From an uncultured Thermoleophilia bacterium (GTDB taxonomy: Bacteria; Actinomycetota; Thermoleophilia; UBA2241): a stretch of DNA of 64,000 nt. Location: assembly GCA_963793605.1 (NCBI GenBank), contig CAWCAH010000011.1, forward strand, positions 9,204 to 73,203, in the 5' to 3' direction. Shown piece after piece: positions 17,412-27,116 of the stretch (the stretch's first letter is position 1; the number at the start of each line of letters is the position of its first letter). The notes under the pieces are model-generated. The model did not search any database. It saw nothing but the letters and a program-made list of their open reading frames with translations, and was not told the origin of the DNA. The position numbers and the translations under genes were made by a program.

Positions 17412-20300
17412 TCAGACGACGAGCCGGCCGGCGAGGAACTCGAGCGGGTGCACGGCGGCGCGGCCGCCGAGGTCGCGGACCTGCGTGCGGCACGACGTGC
17501 CCGTCGCCAGCACCGCCGTCTCCCTGCCGGCGGCACGTACCGCCGGCAGCAGCCGCCGCTCCGCCATGGCGACGCTGAGCGCGTAGTGCTCGGCCTCGTA
17601 GCCGAAGACGCCGGACATGCCGCAGCAGCCGGCGTCCGGGTCCTCGACCTCCAGGTCCGGCACCGCCGTCAAGGCGGAGACGGTGGCGGCGGCGAAGCCG
17701 AGCGCCTTCTCGTGGCAGTGGCTGTGGAGGAGGGCGCGGCCGCCGGCACGGAAGTGCAGGCGGCCCTCCGCGGCCAGCTCCGCGACCAGCGCCAGCGCCG
17801 GCCGGCTCGCGGCGGCGACCTCCGCCACGCGCAGGTCGCCGGGCAGCAGGCGCGCCCAGTCGTCGCGCACCATCGAGAGGCACGACGGCTCGACGAAGAG
17901 GACGTCGGCGCCGGCCGCGGCGAGCGGGTGCAGCGCCTCGAGCGCCCGCCGCGCTTCGCGGCGCGCCTTCTCCGGTTGCCCCGTGGACAGCGCCGTCCTG
18001 CCACAGCAGCCGGCGTCGGTGAGCTCGAGGTGAACGCCGGCGGCGGCAAGCAGCCGCGCCAGCGCCTCGCCCGCTCCTGGCTCCTGGAACTGCACGAAGC
18101 AGTCCGCGAAGAGCACGGCGCGGCGCGCATCCCGAGCTGGACCGGGACGACCGGCAACGAGCGCGAGGCGTCGCGTGAGCGGCCGCCGCACGAACGCCGG
18201 CAGCGGTCTCTCGTGCGCCACACCGAGCCTGTCGGCCACGAGACGGACGGCCCGTGTGCGCGCCAGAGCGTTGACCAGCGGCGCGGCCGGCGCGGCGAGC
18301 GCCGCCAGTCTGCGGAAGTCGCCGATGCCGCGCGCGAGCGGCGGCACGCCCTCTCGCGCGCGCACCTCGGCCAGCCACTCCACCTTCAGCGCCGCCATGT
18401 CGACGCCGGCGGGGCACTCGGTCTTGCAGGCTTTGCAGGCGACGCAGGTCCCCAGCACGTCGCGGAACTCGCCCTCGCCGATGGCGGCGAGCGGCACGGC
18501 GCCGCACACCACACCCTGCAGGGCGTTGGCGCGCGCCCGCGTGGAGCGCGCCTCGTCGCGCGTCGCGGCCGCCGGCGGGCACATCGTGCCGGAGGCCTTC
18601 TTGCAGAGCCCGGCGCCGAAGCAACGCTCGACCGCGGCGCCGAACCCGCCCTCCGCGGCATAGGAGAGGCGCGGCGCCCAGGCCCCGTCTCCGCGGTAGT
18701 CGGCGCCGAAGCGCAGGTCCTCGGTCACGCCTGGACCGCCGACGACGACGCCGGGGTTCAGCAGTCCGTCCGGGTCGAAGGCGTCCTTGACGGCCGCCAT
18801 CGCCTCGTAGAGCTCGGGTCCGAGGAGCCGGGGCAGCAGCCAGCTGCGCGAGCGCCCGCAGCCGTGCTCGCCGGAGATCGCGCCGTGGTAGCCGGCGACG
18901 AGCGCTCCGACCTCGCCGGCCAACTCCTCCATGCGCGCGACGCCGCCCGCCGTCTTCAGGTCCAGGAACGGCCGCAGGTGCAGGCAGCCGGCCGAAGCGT
19001 GACCGGTGAAGCTGGCGCGCCCGCCGTGGGCGGCCACGATGCCCTGCAGGTCGGCGACGAAGTCGGCCAGCCGCTCGGGCGCCACCGCGGTGTCCTCGAC
19101 GAAGGCCGCGGGCCGCTCCGCGCCCGGCGCCCCCATGAGCAGCGGCAGGACGGCGCGCCGCAGCGCCGCGGCGTCGGCCAGAGCCTCGGCCTGCTCCAGC
19201 CACACGGTCTGCGCGGCGCCCAGGCCGCCGGCGAGCGCGCGGAGCCGCGCGAGGCCGGCGCGCGCCTCGTCCTCACTGCCCTGGTACTCCACCGTGAGCA
19301 GCGCCGCGTCCGCGCCCTCGAGCAGGGCGGCGAGGCTGCGGTACCGCTCGAGGTTCGACGCCCGGCGCAGAGGCTCCAGGTCGAGGAACTCGACCGCCGA
19401 CGGCGCCGTCTCGAGGATCGCGACGTTGGCCTCGAGCGCGGCGCGCAGGGTCGGGAAGGAGAAGGCCGCGCCGACGCGGCGCGCCGGGCGCTCGTCCAGC
19501 GCCACCTCAAGGCCGGTGAAGAGCACGAGCGTGCCCTCCGACCCGGCGAGGAGCCGGCCCAGGTTCGGCTCGGGCGCGAGCAGCTCGCGCAGGTTGTAGC
19601 CGGAGGTGCACCGGCGCGTCCGCGGGAAGCCGCCGGCGATGGGCTCGCGGTACCGCTCGCGCACCCGCGCGAGCGCCGCCGCGAGCCTCTCCCCCGCCGG
19701 CCCGCCTGCGCCGGAGGCGAGGTCGCCGGCCTCTGAGGGGCCGAACGTGACCCGCTCGCCGCCGGCGAGCACCGCCTCCAGGCGCAGCACCTTGTCTTTG
19801 CTCTCGCCGTACACGATGGACCGCGAGCCCGACGAGTTGTTGCCCACCATGCCGCCGATCGTGGCCTGGTCGACGGTCGACGTGTCCGGCCCGAACTCGA
19901 GGCCGTGGCGTCCCGCGGCCTCGTTGAGCGCCGCCTGCACCACCCCGGGCTCCACGCGCGCGCTGCGCCCGTCCGGGTCGATCTCCAGGATCCGGTCGAG
20001 CTTGAAGCAGTCGACGACGATGCCCGCCCCGACGGCCTGCCCGGCGACGCTCGAGGCCGCGCCGCGGGCGCACACCGGCAGGCCCGTCTCGCGGGCCACC
20101 TCGGCGGCGGCGGCGAGGTCGTCGGTGGAGCCGGCGACCAGCACGACCTCCGGGACCACGCGGTAGCTCGAGGCGTCGGTGGAGTAGAGCCAGCGGCTGA
20201 GCGGCGTGGTCCGGACCTCGCCGGCGACGCTGCGTCGCAGCGCCTCGGCTGCGGCGCGCCCCGCTGAGGATGGCTCGGGGATGCGGTGACGGGCGCTCAT
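17412..20300 (-). CDS. fused FAD-linked oxidase (GlcD-like, FAD_binding_4) and Fe-S oxidoreductase (GlpC-like, CCG/4Fe-4S) protein, 962 aa, intact
   Basis: '..VVLVAGSTDDLAAAAEVARETGLPVCARGAASSVAGQAVGAGIVVDCFKLDRILEIDPDGRSARVEPGVVQAALNEAAGRHGLEFGPDTSTVDQATIGGMVGNNSSGSRSIVYGESKDKV..', then '..CVACKACKTECPAGVDMAALK..', and a C-terminal CCG domain '..DAGCCGRTA..DAGCCGMSGVFGYE..'. Confidence 0.9.
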   Translation of the reverse strand: MSARHRIPEPSSAGRAAAEALRRSVAGEVRTTPLSRWLYSTDASSYRVVPEVVLVAGSTDDLAAAAEVARETGLPVCARGAASSVAGQAVGAGIVVDCFKLDRILEIDPDGRSARVEPGVVQAALNEAAGRHGLEFGPDTSTVDQATIGGMVGNNSSGSRSIVYGESKDKVLRLEAVLAGGERVTFGPSEAGDLASGAGGPAGERLAAALARVRERYREPIAGGFPRTRRCTSGYNLRELLAPEPNLGRLLAGSEGTLVLFTGLEVALDERPARRVGAAFSFPTLRAALEANVAILETAPSAVEFLDLEPLRRASNLERYRSLAALLEGADAALLTVEYQGSEDEARAGLARLRALAGGLGAAQTVWLEQAEALADAAALRRAVLPLLMGAPGAERPAAFVEDTAVAPERLADFVADLQGIVAAHGGRASFTGHASAGCLHLRPFLDLKTAGGVARMEELAGEVGALVAGYHGAISGEHGCGRSRSWLLPRLLGPELYEAMAAVKDAFDPDGLLNPGVVVGGPGVTEDLRFGADYRGDGAWAPRLSYAAEGGFGAAVERCFGAGLCKKASGTMCPPAAATRDEARSTRARANALQGVVCGAVPLAAIGEGEFRDVLGTCVACKACKTECPAGVDMAALKVEWLAEVRAREGVPPLARGIGDFRRLAALAAPAAPLVNALARTRAVRLVADRLGVAHERPLPAFVRRPLTRRLALVAGRPGPARDARRAVLFADCFVQFQEPGAGEALARLLAAAGVHLELTDAGCCGRTALSTGQPEKARREARRALEALHPLAAAGADVLFVEPSCLSMVRDDWARLLPGDLRVAEVAAASRPALALVAELAAEGRLHFRAGGRALLHSHCHEKALGFAAATVSALTAVPDLEVEDPDAGCCGMSGVFGYEAEHYALSVAMAERRLLPAVRAAGRETAVLATGTSCRTQVRDLGGRAAVHPLEFLAGRLVV

Positions 20301-20399
20301 GCGCCAAGGATATCGCGCCGCCCGTCAGAGGGGCCGCGGCGCCCCACGCCTCAGACCCCACCCCGGTTCGGCCCGCGGGTCAGAGCCCGCGCGAGCCGA

Positions 20400-21122
20400 T
20401 CAGAGCCCGCCGGGACTGAACGACGGCATCCAGCGCGAGAGCTGCTGGAGCACGCCGAACATCATGAGCACGCCGAACACGATCAGCAGGACTCCCGCGG
20501 TGACCTGGACGCCCCGGTAGTGGCGCTTGATCCAGCCGAGCCTGCGGCTCATCCAGTCGAAGGCGAGGGCGGCGAGCACGAACGGCACGCCGAGCCCGAT
20601 GGAGTACACCAGGAGCAGCAGCGAGCCGGAGACCGCGCTCTGGCTGGTGGCCGCCATGGAGAGGATCGCCCCGAGCACGTACCCGACGCAGGGCGTCCAG
20701 CCGATCGCCAGAGCCGCGCCGGTGAGGAACGCTCCGCCCGCACCGGCGCGCCGGGGCGCGACCTTGAGCACCGGCTCGGGGAGGTGGATGACGCCGGCCA
20801 CCACGAGGCCGCTGAACGCGATGAAGGCGCCGGCGACGATCATCAGCACGTCGCGGTACTCGAGGAGGAGCCGGCCGATGCCTCCGGCGCCGGCCCCCAT
20901 GACCACGAACACGGCCGTGAACCCGGCCACGAACAGCAGAGAGGTCCCCAGCAGGCGCCGGCGGTGCTCTCTGCCGAGGTCCTCGACGCCGACCCCGGAG
21001 ATGAACGACAGGTACACCGGCAGCAGCGGCAGCACGCAGGGAGAGACGAACGACAGCAGCCCCGCGGCGAAGGCGAGGCCGATCGCCGTGAGGCTGAGCG
21101 AGGTGATCTCGGCGGCCGTCAT
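20400..21122 (-). CDS. ccdA: cytochrome c biogenesis / thiol-disulfide transporter CcdA (DsbD family)
   Basis: '..GLLSFVSPCVLPLLPVYLSFISGV..ALAIGWTPCVGYVLGAIL..' with the two conserved Cys, 6 TM. Confidence 0.85.
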   Translation of the reverse strand: MTAAEITSLSLTAIGLAFAAGLLSFVSPCVLPLLPVYLSFISGVGVEDLGREHRRRLLGTSLLFVAGFTAVFVVMGAGAGGIGRLLLEYRDVLMIVAGAFIAFSGLVVAGVIHLPEPVLKVAPRRAGAGGAFLTGAALAIGWTPCVGYVLGAILSMAATSQSAVSGSLLLLVYSIGLGVPFVLAALAFDWMSRRLGWIKRHYRGVQVTAGVLLIVFGVLMMFGVLQQLSRWMPSFSPGGL

Positions 21123-21161
21123 GGTCGCTGGCTCGCCGCGCGAGTCAGTGCGAGACCCGCG

Positions 21162-21677
21162 TCACTGCGCCTTGGCGAGCGACGCGTTGAACCGGTCGAG
21201 GGTGGCCGCGCCGACGATGCGGTCGACCTCCTCGCCCTGGGCGTTGTAGAAGATCGTGGTGGGGTATGCGGTGATGGCGGTGTCCTGCACGATCGTGCCG
21301 TCGTCGAGGACCAGAGGGAAGGTGAGCCCGAACTCCTCCATGAATCCGACGGCGCCGTCCTCCGTGTCCTCGCAGGCCACACCCACCACCTGCACCCCGG
21401 GGTTCTGCTCGGCGAAGGCGGCCAGCTCCGGAGCCTCGGCGTTGCAGGGCGGGCACCAGGAGCCGAACATGTTGACCACGAGCGGCTTGCCGGCGAAGTC
21501 GGCGACCGAGAAGTCGGCCGGCGTCAGCACCTCCCCGGTGAACTCCGTGGCGGACGCTCCCGACCCGGCGGCGTCCGCCGAGTTCGCGTCCGACGACGAG
21601 CGGGAGGTGACGACGAGAACCGCGGCGACGACCACCACGACGGCGAGGACGAGCAGGCCGAGCGTCTTGGTCTTCAT
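21162..21677 (-). CDS. TlpA/ResA-like membrane-anchored thioredoxin (thiol:disulfide interchange)
   Basis: 'MKTKTLGLLVLAVVVVVAAVLVV..FAGKPLVVNMFGSWCPPCNAEAPELAAFAEQNPGVQVVGVACEDT..TFPLVLDDGTIVQDTAITAYPTTIFYNAQGE'. WCPPC active site. Confidence 0.8.
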   Translation of the reverse strand: MKTKTLGLLVLAVVVVVAAVLVVTSRSSSDANSADAAGSGASATEFTGEVLTPADFSVADFAGKPLVVNMFGSWCPPCNAEAPELAAFAEQNPGVQVVGVACEDTEDGAVGFMEEFGLTFPLVLDDGTIVQDTAITAYPTTIFYNAQGEEVDRIVGAATLDRFNASLAKAQ

Positions 21678-21826
21678 GGTGTCCCCTTCTCTTGCGGGTG
21701 CCCGTCTCATCGGGTCCACTGCGACTCAGGTAGAGTTTACTCTGTCGGCGTAGTGCTTGCGCGCGGCTGCCGCACGGAGCTATCATACCCCCTAGGGTAT
21801 TCAATCCACCACCGCGATGGAGGGTC

Positions 21827-22033
21827 ATGGCGTCCTACGATCTGGTCTGCGACGCGTGCGGGCACGACTTCGAGGTCTTCCGACAGGGGTTCCTGAAGGA
21901 CGAGGACCGCGTCTGCCCGGACTGCGGGAGTGAGGAAGTCCGTCAGAAGTTCACCAGCTTCCTCAAGAACATCGGCGGGGCGAGCAGCTCCGGCGGCGGC
22001 TGCGCGGCTCCGTCCGGCAGCGGCTTCGGCTGA
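21827..22033 (+). CDS. FmdB-family zinc-ribbon putative regulatory protein
   Basis: 'MASYDLVCDACGHDFEVFRQGFLKDEDRVCPDCGSEEVRQKFT..' followed by a Gly/Ser-rich tail. Confidence 0.8.
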   Translation: MASYDLVCDACGHDFEVFRQGFLKDEDRVCPDCGSEEVRQKFTSFLKNIGGASSSGGGCAAPSGSGFG

Positions 22034-22245
22034 GGCTGATCACCGGCGGCGCGGTCGCGCCGCAGACGAGTCACCAGGCGCCCGGCGGCCCTTGCGGCCT
22101 CCGGGCGCCTGCAGGTTGTACCGGTCTCCCGTACCGGGGTCGCCGTACTCCCATCCTGACTGTACACTCGGACGCACCATGGGGGGCCGCGTGGGGGCAC
22201 GTGACCCTCCTTCTTACCGCGCGTCAGCAGAGGAAGGGAGCGGCT

Positions 22246-24621
22246 ATGCGGAGAGTCCTGCTGGGGGTAGCGCTGGGGGCGCTGCTCACGATCCTCGCGG
22301 CAGCGCCGGCCGGCGCCGTGCCGCCCAACGAGATCCTGATCGCCAAGAACCTGCAGCGCCTCGGTGTGGTGCCGAGCTACGCGACGCCGGGTATGGCCCG
22401 GGCGGCCGCCAGGGTGCTCGCGGCCAAGGGGACACAGCACCAGGCCAAACCGGCCGCAGGTACCAGGACCTCGGGCGCCGCGCTCGGCAAGTACCTCCGC
22501 GCGCGCGTCGTCACCGGCAAGGCGGCGAGCACCTATGCCACCAACGCCCTGGTGCTCCTGGTCGAGTTCGGCACGGGCGCGTGGCCCGAGGGCGACTCCA
22601 CCGACCACTTCATGGACGGCCCACTGCACGGCTCCATCAGGCCGCCGGCGCCGGACGACAACGCCACGTTCTGGCCGGGCGACTTCAGCCCCATGCACTA
22701 CCAGCAGATGCTCTTCGGCAACTCGTACCCGATCTACGGTGCGCGTGCCGCGCTGGACAAGAGCAGCAACCAGGTGGCCAACGCGGCCGGCAAGAACGGC
22801 CTGCCGTACATCACCTGGATGCGCGGCTCGAGCGACGACACCATGCGCAACTACTACCTGGAGCAGTCGCACGGCGCGTACACCGTGCAGGGCGACATCC
22901 AGGACTGGGTGACCCTCGAACTGCCGGAGTCGTGGTACGGCGCCGACAGCGACCCGTGGAACTCCACCGACGACCTCACGGGCCCGGTCTGGCGTGTCGC
23001 CCGTGACGCCATCGTCAAGTTCGCCGCGGACAACCCGGACTTCGACTGGGCGCAGTACGACCAGGAGAACCCCTGGGGCATCACCGGCTCGGACTTCTCC
23101 CAGGCCGACGGCTACCTCGACCATCTGATCCTCATCCACGCCGGCAGCGACCAGTCGGCCGGCGGCGGCGCCCAGGGCAGCGACGCCATCTGGGCGCACT
23201 CCTGGGGCATCTACGAGAACTACAGCGGCGGCCCCGGCGACGGCCCCGGCATGATGATCCCGGGCACGGACGGCCTGGGCCCGCAAGGCCTCGGCATCTG
23301 GGCCTACAACTACACCATCAACCCCGAGGACGGCGACGTCGGCGTGTTCTGCCACGAGTTCGGCCACGACCTCGGCCTGCCCGACGAGTACGACTACGCC
23401 AGCGCCACCGGCGACGCCACCAGCGGCTTCTGGACCCTTATGGCCAGCGGCTCCTGGCTCGGCCGTGAGTGGGGCCTCGGCACCCAGCCGGCCGCGATGA
23501 ACGTCTGGGACAAGTACGCGCTCGGCTTCGTCGAGCCCAGGGAGGTCAAGCGGGGCAAGGACGTCACCGTCGAGCTCGAGGCCGCGGCCAAGGGCGACCC
23601 TGCCAGCGCGGGCGTCAAGATCCAGTTGCCGAAGGCGAACCACACCATCCCGCTCAGCGGCAAGGACGGCGCCATGGAGTGGTACTCCACCATGGGCAAC
23701 GACATCGACGTCTCGCTGACCACCAAGAGCGCGGTCGCCGTGCCGGCGGGCGCCGACCTCACCTACCGCACGTGGTACGAGATCGAGGCGGGCTACGACC
23801 ACGGCTTCGTCGAGGTCTCGGACGACGGCGGCGCCACGTGGGACACCCTGGTCGACTACAGCGACGTGGACACCGGGCACTGGGCCGACACGCAGACCGT
23901 CGACCTCTCGGCCTACGAGGGCAAGGACGTGCTCGTGCGCTTCGAGTACTACACCGACGGTGGTGTGGCGCTCCGCGGCTGGGAGGTCACCGACGTCATG
24001 GTCGGCGCGACCGCCCTCGGAGAGTCGGCGTGGGAGACGGACGGCTGGGTGCGCGTGGACGGCGAGTGGAAGCAGAAGACCGAGCGCTACTACATCGCCG
24101 AGTACCGCAACTACGACGGCTCCGACGCCAGCATCAAGAACTGCTACCAGTGGAACTACAACTACGAGAGCTGGGTCGACTGGTTCAGCTACAACAAGGG
24201 CCTCCACCTCATCTACCGTGACACGTTCTACATCGACAACGACGTCGCCCTGCACCAGGGGCACGGCGGGTGGATGGTCGTGGACTCCCACCCCAAGCCG
24301 ATGAGCGTGGAGTACTCCAACGGCCCGGACGGCTATGTGGGCTACTGGCGGCCGCGCATCCAGGTGAGCGACGCCTCGTTCAGCCGTAAACCGACCCGGA
24401 CGCAGAGCGTCTACTTCGTCGACTACGACCAGGGATGGGGAGTCGGCGAGGACGTCGTGCCGGGCAAGGCTGCACAGTCCACCTTCAACGACAGCAAGAC
24501 CTACTGGTACGCCGAGGCCCCCGAGGCCGGCGTCAAGATACCGCGCGACATGGGCGTGCGCATCATCGTCAAGTCGATGACCGACGACACGATGACGATC
24601 CGGGTCGACAACGTGAAGTGA
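22246..24621 (+). CDS. secreted M6-family metalloprotease (immune inhibitor A / InhA-like)
   Basis: Signal peptide 'MRRVLLGVALGALLTILAAAPAGA', then '..TNALVLLVEFGTG..', zinc site 'VFCHEFGHDLGLPDEYD', and a long beta-rich C-terminal domain. Intact 791 aa. Confidence 0.85.
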   Translation: MRRVLLGVALGALLTILAAAPAGAVPPNEILIAKNLQRLGVVPSYATPGMARAAARVLAAKGTQHQAKPAAGTRTSGAALGKYLRARVVTGKAASTYATNALVLLVEFGTGAWPEGDSTDHFMDGPLHGSIRPPAPDDNATFWPGDFSPMHYQQMLFGNSYPIYGARAALDKSSNQVANAAGKNGLPYITWMRGSSDDTMRNYYLEQSHGAYTVQGDIQDWVTLELPESWYGADSDPWNSTDDLTGPVWRVARDAIVKFAADNPDFDWAQYDQENPWGITGSDFSQADGYLDHLILIHAGSDQSAGGGAQGSDAIWAHSWGIYENYSGGPGDGPGMMIPGTDGLGPQGLGIWAYNYTINPEDGDVGVFCHEFGHDLGLPDEYDYASATGDATSGFWTLMASGSWLGREWGLGTQPAAMNVWDKYALGFVEPREVKRGKDVTVELEAAAKGDPASAGVKIQLPKANHTIPLSGKDGAMEWYSTMGNDIDVSLTTKSAVAVPAGADLTYRTWYEIEAGYDHGFVEVSDDGGATWDTLVDYSDVDTGHWADTQTVDLSAYEGKDVLVRFEYYTDGGVALRGWEVTDVMVGATALGESAWETDGWVRVDGEWKQKTERYYIAEYRNYDGSDASIKNCYQWNYNYESWVDWFSYNKGLHLIYRDTFYIDNDVALHQGHGGWMVVDSHPKPMSVEYSNGPDGYVGYWRPRIQVSDASFSRKPTRTQSVYFVDYDQGWGVGEDVVPGKAAQSTFNDSKTYWYAEAPEAGVKIPRDMGVRIIVKSMTDDTMTIRVDNVK

Positions 24622-24646
24622 CCCGGCGCCTGCGGACTGTTTGACC

Positions 24647-24689
24647 GCGAGAGGGCGGGGCGGCCGGAAGAGCCGCCCCGCCCTCTCGC
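24647..24689 (+). terminator. strong intrinsic terminator hairpin: perfect 18-bp stem GCGAGAGGGCGGGGCGGC / GCCGCCCCGCCCTCTCGC, 7-nt loop
   Basis: Seen directly, 26 nt after the M6 protease stop codon. No U-tract, which is common in high-GC actinobacteria. Confidence 0.6.
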
Positions 24690-24773
24690 ACGTACGCGCC
24701 GGCCGGTGCGCGGCCACGGGTCCGCCCGGCCGACACGCGGCCGCCGGTCCGCCCGGCTGATAGCATCGCCCCC

Positions 24774-25754
24774 ATGCGCGTCCTCGTCACCGGCGGAGCC
24801 GGCTACATCGGCAGCGTCATCGTCGCGCGCCTCACGGCGCGCGGCCACGGCGTGGTGGTGTACGACGACCTCTTCCGTGGGCACTCCGCAGCCGTCCCGG
24901 ACGGCGTGCCGCTGGTGCGCGGCGACGTGCGCGACGCCGCCGCCGTGCGCGCCGCGCTCGAGGACGGCGGCTGCGAGGCCGTCGTCCACATGGCCGCGCT
25001 GGCCGAAGTCGGCGAGTCCGTCACCGAGCCCGACTGGTACCGCAGCGTCAACGAAGAAGGCACCGCGGCGGTGGTCCAGGCGGCCGTGGCCGCCGGGGCC
25101 GATCGCCTCGTCTTCAGTTCCACCGCCGCCGTGTACGGCGCTCCGGAGCGGACGCCGATCGACGAGGACGACGCGCTCGCGCCGGCCAACCCGTACGGAG
25201 AGACCAAGCTCGCCGGGGAGCGCCTGCTGCAGCAGGCGCGGGAGCGCGGAGAGCTCGCGGCCACCGCGCTCCGCTACTTCAACGCCTGCGGCGCCGACGG
25301 CGCCTGCGGCGAGGACCACGAACCCGAGTCACACCTCATCCCGCTCGCGCTGCGCGCCGCGCGCGACGGCACGGCGATCCGCGTGTTCGGCGACGACTAC
25401 CCGACGCCGGACGGCACCTGCGTGCGCGACTACGTGCACGTGGCCGACCTCGCCGACGCGCACATCGCGGCGCTCGAAGCGCTGCCCGCCGTGCAGGGGT
25501 CGTTCAATCTCGGCACCGGGGCCGGGGACTCCGTGCGGGCCGTCCTGGACGCCGTCGAGACGGTCACCCGGCGGCAGCTGCTTCGCGAGACGGCGGCGCG
25601 GCGCGCGGGCGACCCCCCGGTGCTCGTGGCGAGCAACCGGCGGGCCGGTGAGAAGCTGGGCTGGCGTCCGCGGCGCAGCCTCACGGACGCCGTGACCGAC
25701 GCTTGGGCGTGGATGCTGGCGCACCCGGACGGGTACGCGGACCGCTCGCGCTGA
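24774..25754 (+). CDS. galE: UDP-glucose 4-epimerase GalE
   Basis: 'MRVLVTGGAGYIGSVIVARL..VYDDLFRGHSAAV..HMAALAEVGESV..YGETKLAGERLL..YFNACGADG..'. TAGCAT sits 7 nt upstream of the ATG, a possible leaderless -10. Two GGTCCGCCCGGC direct repeats lie at 24719-24730 and 24746-24757. Confidence 0.9.
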   Translation: MRVLVTGGAGYIGSVIVARLTARGHGVVVYDDLFRGHSAAVPDGVPLVRGDVRDAAAVRAALEDGGCEAVVHMAALAEVGESVTEPDWYRSVNEEGTAAVVQAAVAAGADRLVFSSTAAVYGAPERTPIDEDDALAPANPYGETKLAGERLLQQARERGELAATALRYFNACGADGACGEDHEPESHLIPLALRAARDGTAIRVFGDDYPTPDGTCVRDYVHVADLADAHIAALEALPAVQGSFNLGTGAGDSVRAVLDAVETVTRRQLLRETAARRAGDPPVLVASNRRAGEKLGWRPRRSLTDAVTDAWAWMLAHPDGYADRSR

Positions 25755-25790
25755 GCGGCGGGCCGCGGCGAGCGCCGCCGCGGCTCCGGG

Positions 25791-26213
25791 TCAGGCGACG
25801 GGCGCCGGCTCCGGCGCGAGCGACTCGAGCGTGATCGAGCCGAGCACGTCCATGAGCTGGCTCTGCGCACGGAGCCATGCCTCGTGCGTAGCGCACGAGG
25901 CGCTGCGCGCGCAGTCTTCGGGACTCAGGACGCACTGGTTGACGGAGATGGGACCGTCGACGGCCTCGATGACCTGCTGCATGGTGATCTCCGAGGCCGG
26001 GCGCGCAAGCGCGAAGCCGCCGTGCGCGCCCCTCTGCGAGACGGTGAGGCCGCCGCGCACCAGGCTCTGCAGGATCTTCGCGAGGAAGCTCTCCGGGATG
26101 TCCTGAGCCTCGCCGATCTCGTGCAGAGAGGCGATGTGGCCTTCGGGGAAACGCGCGAGATAGGTCATCGCCCGAACGGCGTACTCGGCGCCGCGTGTGA
26201 GTTGAAGTCCCAT
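25791..26213 (-). CDS. Rrf2-family transcriptional regulator (IscR/NsrR/RsrR-like, three C-terminal Cys)
   Basis: 'MGLQLTRGAEYAVRAMTYLARFPEGHIASLHEIGEAQDIPESFLAKILQSLVRGGLTVSQRGAHGGFALARPASEITMQQVIEAVDGPISVNQCVLSPEDCARSASCATHEAW'. Confidence 0.85.
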   Translation of the reverse strand: MGLQLTRGAEYAVRAMTYLARFPEGHIASLHEIGEAQDIPESFLAKILQSLVRGGLTVSQRGAHGGFALARPASEITMQQVIEAVDGPISVNQCVLSPEDCARSASCATHEAWLRAQSQLMDVLGSITLESLAPEPAPVA

Positions 26214-26450
26214 GGACCTTCGCTTTCGTCAGAGACCGGACAGAAACGGTCTAAAAGGAACTGTATCCTTCCGGCCTCCGCCGGGTCAACCGGCCGGGGG
26301 TCATGTTAAGCGGCCGTTAAGGTTTGGAGAAGAGCCGCTCGTCCCCGGCGAGATAGTGCCGCTTTGCGGGCAAAACCCGGTCGCGGTCGCCTCCGGCCGG
26401 TGCTATCCTGCCAGAGGCGCGTCAGCGCGCCCCCCACCGGAAGGACGAGA

Positions 26451-27113
26451 GTGAGACGATCCCTGGCCTTCATCGCCGTCGCCGCCGCCGTGGCCGTCGC
26501 CGCCGCGGTGGTGGTCGCCGGCATGAGCTCCGGCGGCGACGCGGACGCCGGCGCCGCCGCGGGCCCGGCGCCGAGCGCCCTGCCCTCCGGGCACCCCTCC
26601 ATCGCGGCTTCGGACGACGAGACGGCGGACCCGCACGGCGGCGAGGTCGCCGGGGACGAAGCCGACGACAAGCCCACTGACGACGCCCTCGCCGACCTCG
26701 AGGCCAGGCGTGACGAAGACCCGGACGACGTTGAGGCGCTCCTCGACCTCGGCGACGCCTACTTCATGCGCCAGCACCTGCAGCAGGCCGAGCGCGCCTA
26801 CACCCAGGCGCTCGCCCGGGACCCGGAGAGCGCCGGCGCCCAGGTCGGGCTCGCCATGGTGTGGCACGCGGAGGGCGAGTCGAGACGCGCCGAGACCGCT
26901 CTCACCGCAGTGGTCGAGGCGCACCCGGACGACCAGGAGGCGCACTACAGCCTGGCGATCGTCTACTTCTCGGCGGGACGCGTCGACGAGGCCAAGCGGG
27001 AGTGGCAGACGGCGGCGCGCATCGACCCCACCACCACCACCGGGCGGCGCTCGCAGAGCTTCGTGGACCTGCTCGAGGACCAGGAGTCGGCGGCGCCTGC
27101 CGCCGGCGACTGA
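26451..27113 (+). CDS. membrane-anchored TPR-repeat protein
   Basis: 'VRRSLAFIAVAAAVAVAAAVVVAG..', an acidic linker, then '..LDLGDAYFMRQHLQQAERAYTQALARDPESAGAQVGLAMVWHAEGESRRAETALTAVVEAHPDDQEAHYSLAIVYFSAGRVDEAKREWQTAARIDP'. Confidence 0.6.
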   Translation: MRRSLAFIAVAAAVAVAAAVVVAGMSSGGDADAGAAAGPAPSALPSGHPSIAASDDETADPHGGEVAGDEADDKPTDDALADLEARRDEDPDDVEALLDLGDAYFMRQHLQQAERAYTQALARDPESAGAQVGLAMVWHAEGESRRAETALTAVVEAHPDDQEAHYSLAIVYFSAGRVDEAKREWQTAARIDPTTTTGRRSQSFVDLLEDQESAAPAAGD

Positions 27114-27116
27114 CCG

